From assembly GCA_964252035.1 (NCBI GenBank), contig OZ176206.1: 64,000 nt of DNA. One strand, written 5' to 3'. Numbering within the stretch: position 1 is the first letter of the stretch; the number at the start of each line of letters is the position of its first letter. The translations under genes were made by a program, and so were the position numbers. Under the pieces are notes generated by a model. It was given only the letters and a program-made list of their open reading frames with translations. It was not told the DNA's origin and searched no databases. The stretch is from Podarcis erhardii. Its lineage: Eukaryota. This document shows, one piece after another, positions 37,201-47,200 of this stretch.

Positions 37201-40200
37201 CTCACTGCCTAGGATGCCACTGGTTTAGTGCCTCCTAGTGTTTTGTTTTTTATACTTTGTGGTTTCTTTTTGGTCCTCCTGTATATTTATTTTCTAATAT
37301 TTTCCCAGTACAGCTAAGGGCCAAAGGTCTGTGGCAGCCCTCCCCAGCTTGTTGCCCTTAAGATATTTCGGACTACAGTTCCCACCAGCCCCAGCCAGCA
37401 TGGTTGTATGAGTCAGGGTTTCTCCATATTTACGTTTGTCCTGTGGCAAGGAAGCACATGTCTGGGAGGTTTTCTGCTTCTCCCATGCTTTCTAGGCACA
37501 CGTCCAAGTGGTTTTCAGTTTGCTTGGCCGTTTTCTTTGGGGAAACCCACTCTTTAACCACTAAATCAGAGCAAACGTCAATCCGTGGAAAACCCAGTTG
37601 ACATTTGTGGATGAGCCCTCGCTGAGGCTCATGGGAGCTGTAGTCCAAAATGTTTGGAGGGCTACCGATGGTAAGGGTGGTCTGTGGGCTTCCGAGGGGC
37701 TCTGTTGCAGCTCACAGGCCGGGCCATGGCTTCCCAGTGTTCTTTGGGGGCAGCCCAAGACCTCATCCCCTCCCCAGGCGGTTGCACAACGTGACCTGTG
37801 TACACCCAACAAGCCTTGCCCATGATGCCAAGGGGTTTGGGGGGAGGCAGAACTCTCTGGTTGCAAATGGCTACTCCCCTGGTCCCCCTGACATTCCTTG
37901 GGTTGCCCCCCCAACCCCTGACCAGGCCAAGGGAGCTCTTGGACCCCCTCATTCCAAGCAAGCCATCCCAATGTCCCTCTCTCCCTTCCCCCTGGGGCTG
38001 GGCTGAAAAAGTGTCCTGCAGCACGAGTGTCCTGACCTCTCCCTTTCTCTCTGGGTGGGGTTCACTGCAGATGCACAGCCCACAGAAGCCGAGACAGCTG
38101 TGTGGAACCAGGTGAACGCTGTCCTAGAGGAGGCGCAGACCATTCTGGCGGAACTGCAGTCCTACACCGGAGCTGGGCAAGAGATCAGAGAGGTACTAGG
38201 AAGAGCCTGCTGGCCAACCAGATTAGTCAGTGGGAAACCAGCAAGCAAACAAGAGTGCTCTCCCCTCTTGCGGCATTCAGCAACTAGTGTTTAGAAGCAT
38301 TGCTGCCTTGGACTGTGGAGGGCAGAGCATAACCATCATGGTATAACCTGAGCCCTTCCCAAAGCTGACCCTCATATCCCAGAGCTAGGAGCAATGCTAG
38401 CAAGTGGTCTGGATTTCCCCCCCTCTCCCTACAATGATTTTTGTACTTTTGCAAAGCTAACATTTCAGGAAGAAAACTTAGCATCTTGTGTTACTTTATT
38501 GCAGGCCATCCAAAACCCCAGTGACTTGCAGCTCCAAGAAAAGGCATGGAATGCCGTGTGTCCCCTTGTGGCAAAGCTGAAGCGTTTTTATGAGTTTTCC
38601 CTTAGACTTGGTAAGTGCCCTCCCCTATATCAGCAACAAGTCTCATTTTCTCATTCTTCTCATCTTCAGTCCAGTTCGACCCACTTCCACATTAGTTTGA
38701 AAACCTCTTTTTTTTTTAACATAAGGAAACAGTGCCACATGAAAATGTCTTTCTTCCTAATATGCCAATCTGGATACATGGCTTTGTTTAGCATATACAT
38801 TTTTAAGAGGCAATTTGTCCCTAATACAATGCATTTCCTTATGGTGATTTCACGCAAATACTTGCTTCTGCATTCCCTTCTCATTACTATAAACGTTTTT
38901 GGTGTGAATTTTTGAAGGAGAAGCTGTGCTTTGGTTCCAGAAGCAAAGCTTTGGCAGGTTCACATTAAAATGTTAATTGCACTAATCCTGCAAGCTGTGC
39001 AGGGATTGGCCGGGTGAGGGGGCTGCTGCCTAACTTAACCATCTCCCTCCTTCTGTCTCTCCCAGAGAATGCCTTGCGGAGCTTGCTGGAAGCTCTCACC
39101 AGCCCACCTTACGCCCCGACTCAGCACCTGGAGAGGGAACAGGCTCTCGCCAAACAGTTTGCAGAAATCTTACACTTCACCCTCAGTTTTGACGAGCTCA
39201 AGGTATGTGTGGGAGGAGGCAGCCGCCAACAGTGGTTGGTCCAGCGGCAGCAGGGAATGTGATCTGAGCATAATAACAAGTAAAAAAACTCCCACAGGGG
39301 CTTCTGACTCTTGCTCCTGTGGAACAATATTAGGCACTTTGCACAGCACCCACTCTGGATGGTTGGCACAGGTGCAGATGTAGCCTACAAAACACACCCC
39401 CCCCCACCCCCCCCACACCCATCATCATCCCTTTCCCTCCCATATGTGGAGAAAAGCCTTCTGCTTCATCTTCTTCATCATCCCTGAATGAAGTCTCCCT
39501 TCTCTGTCTCCCAGATGACCAACCCTGCCATCCAGAATGATTTTAGCTACTATAGAAGAACCATCAGTCGAAACCGGATCAACAACCTGCAGGTAAGGAA
39601 CGGTGCCTTCCTTTCGCTGGGAGGCAGAGTAAAAACCCAGGCTGGGCAAAATGAATGGAAATTCTAATGGCAAAGGAATGGTGGGAACTCGAAGCTGCAA
39701 TGCAAGTGTAAATGTGCAGAGCAAACAGAGTATGTTCACCTGAGAGCCAGGGCTCATCCGCACTTCCTCTTGACCCATATTTTGATTGCCTTGGGTACTG
39801 ATTACTGTAATTCCCTCTGGCCCAAGAGCTTTTCTCGTTCTTCCATGGCTGTACCTTGCAAAAATCCAAATTTACCTACTGAACTGAAGCTCAATTAAGC
39901 AAAATCACTCTTTGGATTTTCTGCATATCCGATTCAGCAGGCAAGATCGGATTTTCGCAAGACACAGTGAGAAAAGCTTTCGGATCTGGGAGAATTAATC
40001 AGCACACAACACAATCAAATTAGGGGTCAAGCAAAAGTGTGGATGAGCTCTAACTGTCAAGAAAAAGAATAACGGAAAGCCAAGTGGGAGGGGGAATGGA
40101 ACGGAATGACTGGAAAAGGAGAGAGATATAGATATAAAAAGAGTAAAATGAACTATCTTGTCTGGATAGGTGGTTTCCTGTTTCACACTGAGAAGTTATT

Positions 40201-43200
40201 TTTAAATGTCCCCAGGGATGGAAATGAGAGCTGTCCATAGAAATAAACATAGAAATTCAACATTTTAAGGTAGCTGGGGTTGGGCAACATGGTGCCCACC
40301 CTCTACCACCCACCCACCCACCCACCCACCCACACAAAAGTAACAACAGTAACAACCTAGTAAGGACTGAGCATGCCCAGTGGGCATGGAATGTTGGCTG
40401 GTTTTGGTGGGGAGGCGATGAAAAACTGATGGAGTAGAGTGGCTGGGACCTTAAACAGAAGCCCTCCATGCCGCAACATTTTGCTGCAACTGATCTCCAT
40501 TCCTGCCCTGCAGTTAGACGCTGAGAGTGAGGTGAACAATGAAATGGCCAACCGGATGTCCCTCTTCTACGCAGAGGCCACCCCGATGCTGAAGACTCTC
40601 AGCAATGCCACGACCAAATTTGTTTCAGAGGTGAGTGATGCCTCCCAAGGCGCAGAGAAGTCAGAGGCAAGAGTTGCCAAGACCACCTTAACATGACAGC
40701 CTGCTGCAAAGTCCAGGCTTGCTTGGTTGTTCATGCAAGGTTAACACTGCACACTGGCCTGGTGGGCTGATGGGCAGAATCCACCCCAAGGAATCTGTGC
40801 TGTGGTGGCACAGGGACTGGGGCTGCCTCTCTCCCTTCAGATATTCAGCTTGCTCTCTCCCTGGGGAGGAAGAGAAGGGGGTAATCAGCATGCAAACTGG
40901 GTCTCCTTTCAGAACAAAACTCTTCCCATTGAGGACACGACTGACTGTTTGAGCACCATGGCCTGTGTCTGCCGGGTGATGCTGGAAACGCCGTGAGTAC
41001 AATGCCCTACATGATTATAGGCTCCAAAGACTGAGCATAAGTGGGTTGCACACGTACAGCAGTCTAAAAAGCCACACAATTGACAATTAAAACCCGACTA
41101 AACTGAGACCCCATGTTAAAAATATGGGGTTACCGTACTCAGAAACTACAATTAATCCAGAAAGTGGCTGCTAGACTGATGACTGGGAGTGGCCACTGGG
41201 ACCACATTTATTATTATCATTATTATCAAATGAATGTGCAAAAATGTAAACAAAGAGTCACCAAGGGCCACCGTACAATGGGATTGGTCAGCCTTCCAAA
41301 TGCCGCAAAGCAACTTACCTGGTGAGCCTCTCTAGGGATGGAATTCCACATCAGAGGGGCAACCACTGCAAAGGCCCTGTTCCTGGTCACCAGCATTTTG
41401 ACCTCTGGACCAGGCATCTGTAGCAAGCCCCCACCCACTAGATGACTTTAAGGGACCCATACCGGAAATCACATATTTTTAGAGTCTTTAGGCTATGTTA
41501 AGCAGTACCATGGTATGAGCTCCCCAGGAAAGCTGGGAAGGAAATGTGGGGCATGACAGCTGGTCCAAGGAGGCTTGTTCATGAAGCTCTTTCTTGTTTG
41601 CAACAGGGAATATCGGAGCCGCTTCACCAACACCGAAACTCTCCTTTTCTGCATGCGGGTGATGGTGGGGGTCATCATTCTTTATGACCATGTCCATCCT
41701 GTGGGGGCTTTTGCCAAGACCTCCAAAATTGACGTGAGTGACATTTCTCTCTTCATATAGAAACATCAATTAGAGAAACTCAGGGAGCTGACAAGCCAGC
41801 CTTTGATGACCTTGACCTTCTTGATGTTTTGGACTACAACTCAGCAGCCTCAGAATAATATAGCCTTAATGGCTGGTGCTGATGGGTGTTGTAGTGGAAA
41901 ACACCTGGAGGGCACCAGGTAGGGGAAGGCTGGAGCCTCCAGTGTTTTTAGTGACAATTGATCCTCAATTAGCTTTTAAAGGGAAGGAGGAGCAAAGATC
42001 CATAGGAGCAACCAAGCATCAGAAGAACCACGCTGGGTGGGACTTTCCATTCCAGTTTAAATGCGGGGTTTTCCCCCTCTCTTGCTGCACCTCCCATATC
42101 CACATGTTCTGGAAGACCCTATTTTGCCTTTCTCAAATCTCGTGAATCTGCTCACAGACAAAGGGACTGTTGTCAGTATAAGTGGGTGCACTTTTCCAAC
42201 ATTTCCCCCTTTGAAATTTGACTAACAAGGGTGTTTTTTTGTTTGTTTGTTTTTAATGCCGGTAGATGAAAGGATGTATCAAGGTCTTGAAAGACCAGCC
42301 TTCCAACAGCACAGAAGGCCTTCTGAATGCACTGAGGTAAGGCAGCCCAAGAGGCACATTTGAGGAAATGGGCTTTGGCAGCCAGAAAAGGTCTGCTGCA
42401 ACTCTCAAAAAAGAACTGCAAGCGCATGCACACATGCACACACACACGTATCTTGCACAAGCACCAGGACTGCACTGGGATGACTTTGGCAGCCTAGGCA
42501 TGTGCTGGAGTTGAAGATAGGTAGCATGGAAGGATTTTCAGAAACTGAAATTGGTTTTGTAGACATGAGCAGTTCTTATTGAAGGAGTGCTGTGGCAGGA
42601 ACTGGAGAAGTTGACTGTTACTAAATGACCATTGACCTGGCTTCACAGAAGGAACTCCCTCGTGCATTGTCCTCACATCACAATTATCCTGTGGGGCAGA
42701 CCATTATTCCCATTTTACAGCTGGGGAGTTGAGGCCAGCAGCCCTTCCAGTGTGCATCGCACAGGAGGGGCTGGCCTGAGTCCTGGATTCCAAACCAGCT
42801 CATGCCCACCAGCCGGTGCTTTGGTATCAAGGGAGCTGCAGTTTCTCAGCACTCAGACCACTGTATGCTGTTCAGGGACACTGCATCTTCCCCATTCCCA
42901 ACAACTGGCACTTTAATTGCTTTGGCCAGCATCACAGAAACCTACCTTTTAGTCCAGGCGTGGGCAGCCTTTGGCCATCCAGATGTTGCTGGACTACAGC
43001 TACCATCAACCCTGACTATTGGCTATGTTGGCTGGGCCTGATGGGAGTTGATGTCCAACAGCACCTGGGGGTTAAGCTATTGGCTACACCTGGGCATTCA
43101 GGTTCCTACCCTCTACTCACCGGCAAACTCCCCCTATATCCACGCTTCCTTTCTGCCAAACTAGTCCCTACTAAGAAATCCCACATTTTTACCTTTGATC

Positions 43201-43371
43201 AGGGGCTTAGACATGCATTGCACCTGTTCCCACAGCGGCCAGCACAATTGGCTCCTTTTCTCTACAACTGGTGTGCCCTTTCCCACTGCCTCCCTGCTTC
43301 TTCCTAGGTACACCACCCGGCACCTCAATGATGACACCACATCCAAGCAGATCCGGGCCTTGCTGCAATGA
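33612..43371 (+). CDS. CYRIA-like: CYFIP-related Rac1 interactor A-like (FAM49/DUF1394 family), complete CDS, join(33612..33681,38071..38192,38505..38610,39066..39202,39515..39592,40514..40630,40913..40992,41607..41733,42266..42336,43308..43371), 323 aa
   Basis: Ten GT-AG exons of 70,122,106,137,78,117,80,127,71,64 nt sum to 972 nt with consistent phases. They translate [31 protein letters not shown]...[17 protein letters not shown]...[16 protein letters not shown]. Sequence, length and exon sizes match the CYRI/FAM49 family as I recall it. Confidence 0.96.
34199..34240. repeat. (ATT)14 microsatellite
   Basis: Direct reading. Confidence 0.95.
36213..36413. mobile_element. Small MITE with TTTTTGCAGCATCCACA inverted termini
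   Basis: tttttgcagcatccacac..gacctcaccaaaat pairs with atttttgtgaggt..tgtggatgctgcaaaaa. Confidence 0.6.
38071..38192 (+). CDS. CYRIA-like: CYRI-like coding exon 2 ([15 protein letters not shown]...GAGQEIRE)
   Basis: ctgcag acceptor, GAG|gtact donor, 122 nt. Confidence 0.95.
38505..38610 (+). CDS. CYRIA-like: CYRI-like coding exon 3 ([35 protein letters not shown])
   Basis: ttgcag acceptor, G|gtaagt donor, 106 nt. Confidence 0.95.
39066..39202 (+). CDS. CYRIA-like: CYRI-like coding exon 4 ([16 protein letters not shown]...FDELK)
   Basis: tcccag acceptor, AAG|gtatgt donor, 137 nt. Confidence 0.95.
39515..39592 (+). CDS. CYRIA-like: CYRI-like coding exon 5 ([26 protein letters not shown]; Rac1-binding motif)
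   Basis: tcccag acceptor, CAG|gtaagg donor, 78 nt. Confidence 0.95.
39749..40050. mobile_element. MITE with GGGCTCATCCACACTT-type TIRs (PIF/Harbinger-like); relatives near 19060-19258, 21584-21830, 27030-27290, 37410-37620
   Basis: GGGCTCATCCGCACTT ... AAGTGTGGATGAGCTC inverted termini. Confidence 0.65.
40514..40630 (+). CDS. CYRIA-like: CYRI-like coding exon 6 ([39 protein letters not shown])
   Basis: ctgcag acceptor, GAG|gtgagt donor, 117 nt. Confidence 0.95.
40913..40992 (+). CDS. CYRIA-like: CYRI-like coding exon 7 ([27 protein letters not shown])
   Basis: tttcag acceptor, CC|gtgagt donor, 80 nt. Confidence 0.95.
41607..41733 (+). CDS. CYRIA-like: CYRI-like coding exon 8 ([42 protein letters not shown])
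   Basis: caacag acceptor, GAC|gtgagt donor, 127 nt. Confidence 0.95.
42266..42336 (+). CDS. CYRIA-like: CYRI-like coding exon 9 ([24 protein letters not shown])
   Basis: cggtag acceptor, AG|gtaagg donor, 71 nt. Confidence 0.95.
43308..43371 (+). CDS. CYRIA-like: CYRI-like last coding exon ([20 protein letters not shown])
   Basis: tcctag acceptor, TGA at 43369-43371. Confidence 0.95.
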
Positions 43372-43493
43372 GCACCCCCTGCAGTCGAGGGGTGGGTGGC
43401 ATTCACCAGAGACCCAAGAAGGGGATTTCTCCATGGAACCTTCAGCAGAAATTTTAATGTTGACATATTGCTATAAATAACCATTGGCCATCA

Positions 43494-43667
43494 NNNNNNN
43501 NNNNNNNNNNNNNNNNNNNNNNNNNNNNNNNNNNNNNNNNNNNNNNNNNNNNNNNNNNNNNNNNNNNNNNNNNNNNNNNNNNNNNNNNNNNNNNNNNNNN
43601 NNNNNNNNNNNNNNNNNNNNNNNNNNNNNNNNNNNNNNNNNNNNNNNNNNNNNNNNNNNNNNNNNNN
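43494..43667. other. Assembly gap (174 N) in the CYRI-like 3' UTR
   Basis: Run of N. Confidence 0.99.
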
Positions 43668-44245
43668 TCCAGCTCAGTGCCAATCTGCCCCATCTCCCAA
43701 GACACTCCACGTTCAACTCTGGCAGAAGTGCAGCTTTGCCAGAGAAGCGCCATGTTGCCAAGGCCGTTCCTCTTCACCGTTCCAGTCCCAGTCCCACCCA
43801 TGTTGATGTGACATGTCTAGTTCTCAGCCCTCAAAGGCTGACATCGAGTCTGACCAAGCTTCAGGAGAGACAAAGGGGGCAGGGTTTGGCCCAAGCTGGT
43901 AAGAGGTTAAACCACCATCTTGGAACCAGGTGGATGGTCTGTTCCTAAACTCTTGAAAGGTCCAGAGATGGATCTCCTTAACTAGCCCAGACTCCAGAGG
44001 AGGGTGGGGGGCTAAGTGAGAAAGATGGAGAGATGTTCTCCTGTTTAAGATGTAAATAATGTGTCGGGAAATGACTGTTGATCAGGAATGACTAGGATGA
44101 TTGATACAGGATGATGATGATGGTGGACATCATCATTAAAATCTTCAACACTGATTCCATTCAAAATGGCTCAGTCACACCTTTTAGATTTTTAATATAA
44201 ACAATTAAAATCCACTCACCTGTTATTTTGTACATTTTTGTGTCA

Positions 44246-44256
44246 AATAAAATAAA
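44246..44256 (+). terminator. Candidate polyadenylation signal of the CYRI-like gene (tandem AATAAA); distal alternative at 45197-45202
   Basis: Overlapping AATAAA hexamers preceded by a U-rich TGTA element and followed by GU-rich ctgttgtgtg. Confidence 0.5.
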
Positions 44257-47200
44257 AAGAAAAAAATAATCTGTTGTGTGAGAGAATTGCCTGGTTGTCT
44301 GTTTTGCTATGTTGGCAAAATGCACATGCTCAGAGGGGTCCCATTTTATTATGATTTCATGTTCCAAACAAGGCTTGGGCAAAGGTGATCAAAAGTGAGA
44401 TTTGTGTGCATGTGCGCACAAACACGTTATTCAGACATGTTTGTTAGGAGTAGGGAGTAATCTAGGTGGATAGGGAGAAGAAAGTGACAAGATTTAAAGT
44501 GGTTGTGTAATCTGACCCACAGATCTGAGCACAAAAGCCACATTCTTTCCTTTATCCAAAATAATAGCACAACAGAAAAAAGGGTTCACATCGATATATT
44601 ATACATAATCAAAATATTGTCAGTACTTAAATCAAGCCTTAATAGCTCATGTAGCTGGGCAATGTATGGGCATACACACACACCTGAATAAGATTAAAAA
44701 TGTAGATGTGTTTCGATATTATCTTCACCATCTGCTATTACAAATCAGGAAACTCATCCTTCAGAGCTTTCAGAGCACAGTCCACATTTCCTTAATTTCT
44801 GACTCTTGATTAAAAAACAAAACAAAACAATATTACCAGTCCCTTTGTTGACTAGTGGGTTTAGCATCTCAAGGCCATTCACCTCTTTCAATGCCCATCA
44901 TGGCCTATGAATGGCTTTAAAGACCCCTTTTCACCCACTGATCAATAACAAGATTGTGCTCTCCAGATGTTTTGCTGTGCTGGCTGGGACCAACAGGGGT
45001 TGTAGTTCAAAGCATGTGGAAGGTATCTGGTTGGGGGAGGCTATATGAGACTACTGGACTATGAATAAAAAAGTAATTTATTTGTTGTTTTAAGCTAGAG
45101 CCACAACTTGAGGGAGGGGAAACTCTGGATTTCCAAATGCTTCCTCTGGATACAAAACACACAGCCACATTGTTCCACTGACACTTGATTTATGTCAATA
45201 AAGAGTGACAATATTTTGGTAATACTGGTTGATGCTAAGCTTTCTTCTGGCTAAAGCTCAATCACACTGAATCCCATCAAAAGCAACTGGGCTCCATTAG
45301 CCACAGCCACTTACTGACATCCCATTGTTATCCAGGGCACAAGGGCAAGATGCTTCCTCTGCCTTGAGATCTATTTATGTATTTATTGAAAAGTTTCTAT
45401 ACTGCTTTTCATTTACAGAAAGAAATGCCAAAGTAATTGACACAATAACAAAGCAACAAAGGGTTGCAGTCAACTAACTTTTATTCAGAGCAGACGGGTC
45501 CAAGTTATGCATGGCCATTCATTTGAATGGGACTACTCTGAGTAAAACTTAGTGGAATGCAACTCAATGGCTGATAAACAATAATCGCCATAATGCCTGG
45601 TATTAACAATACAAAGGGTCAGGGAACACCTGGGTGAACAAGTATGTATGTCTCCAATGGATGGGGGAAACACCTTGCAGGTGGTGCCAGCCTGATCGCA
45701 ACAGGGAGAGCCTTTTGCATGACAGGTGCCACAGTGAAGAAGGCTCTCCTTCACACCCCCACAGATAGGACTCCATAGGTCATGGTATGGTCAAAATGGC
45801 CCCACCAGCAGAACCCAGTGGCTTGAGCCATCTATATGTCAGAAGATGGACCCTCACACCCATCAGGCTGTGGTGGTTAACTCAACACTGTGGTGTAGTA
45901 GAGGCAGCCCCACCAACCTCAGCTTGCCTTCAGCCAGCCCATACCTGCCTGCCTTCTTGCTTACAACTAGTCCAGGGGGTGGTCCTGCCTGGCAGTTTCC
46001 TCCTTCTCCTTCATCTCAGTGCTCCCCTTGTAGAACATGGCTGGGAGGAGGATGGGGACAAAACTGGCATGAGTTGGCTCTACTTGTTATTGGCTTTGGC
46101 ACCACCTGTTGGGATCCCTGCCTTCCGTTCTACCAGTCCCAATGGGCACCAGCCGCCATGCTGGTTTGTGGCTTATGGCTACAAGCGCTGTTTTGCTCAA
46201 TCAGCCCGGCTCCTGTCTTGCCTCCCTTGGCAGGTAGGGGGCACTTGGGTACCACAAACAGCTGGTTAATTGCCTCGACTGTGGCACTCTCTTGCCCAAA
46301 CTGGAGCTGTGCTCTAGGCCTGCACAAACATGTGTATTGTACCCATATATTCTTGGTGCAAACCTGGGTTTCATGTCATGTGTGAAAAGGCCCTTAGACC
46401 ACTTTTACAAACAAGCCCAGCTTTCCACAACCTGGTGCCCTCCAGCTGTTTTGGACTAACAAACTGCCCTGAGATCTTTGGATGAAGGCCGGTATACCAC
46501 CACCACCACCACCACCAACAACAACAACATCCTACACTAAAAATGTGGGATGGATCTCCTAAGTAAAATATTGCATTCTAATCAGTGCAACTGTTCGTTC
46601 ATATTGTAGGCAGATCTAGAAACAAGTGAAAATGTGCCCTGCCCCCTCTCCAATCACACAGGAGAAAGACCCACCACTGTGCTGGACCATATGAAAGTTC
46701 AAGGACCACCCAATGAGGAATATTCATCTTTCCCACATTTTCTACCTTTCCACGACAATTTCTTTGCTGAGGGGCCTCAGCCCATTGCAAAGGATTCTGG
46801 GACATGGCCACCCATAGTATGCATTTGAGTCATGCTCAGCTCCTTGCTGCTGCCTTGAGCCAACTGACAGATTACACCCACCCAAGGCCCCCCCTTGTGG
46901 TTGTGCAGTGCAGGGGATGAGAGCTGACTCTCCAAAAGGTTTGCCTGCCATAACTGAGCTTCTCTGGGGTACCACAGTACTGTACGTATTTGGAAAATCC
47001 CTGATCTAAGCTTATCGGTGGCACTCGCAGACATCTTCCCAGCATGAGCAGGATGTGGGAGAAGGGTTTCCAGGGAACAAGGCCTTGGTTTCCAGGGATC
47101 CCAGAGCCCTGAGCACCTCTCCCCTGAGAAGCTAAGCAAGATACTCCCTTAAAGTGCACACACTCCACTGTGTACAACGGCAAACTTTTCCAGGCAGCCA

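Noticed and set aside
40948-40968. REST/RE1-like string TTGAGCACCATGGCCTG in CYRI-like exon 7
   Set aside because: Too many mismatches in the right half-site, and explained by coding constraint.
43454-43948. ORFs spanning the N run
   Set aside because: Artefacts of translating the assembly gap.
44700-44790. Minus-strand hammerhead-like strings (GTGAAGATAATATCGAAAC; GTGGACTGTGCTCTGAAAGCTC)
   Set aside because: Lack the invariant CUGANGA core and consistent helices I and II.
45787-46385. Overlapping 160-aa and 179-aa ORFs
   Set aside because: No recognisable domain, partly repeat-derived, no exon structure.
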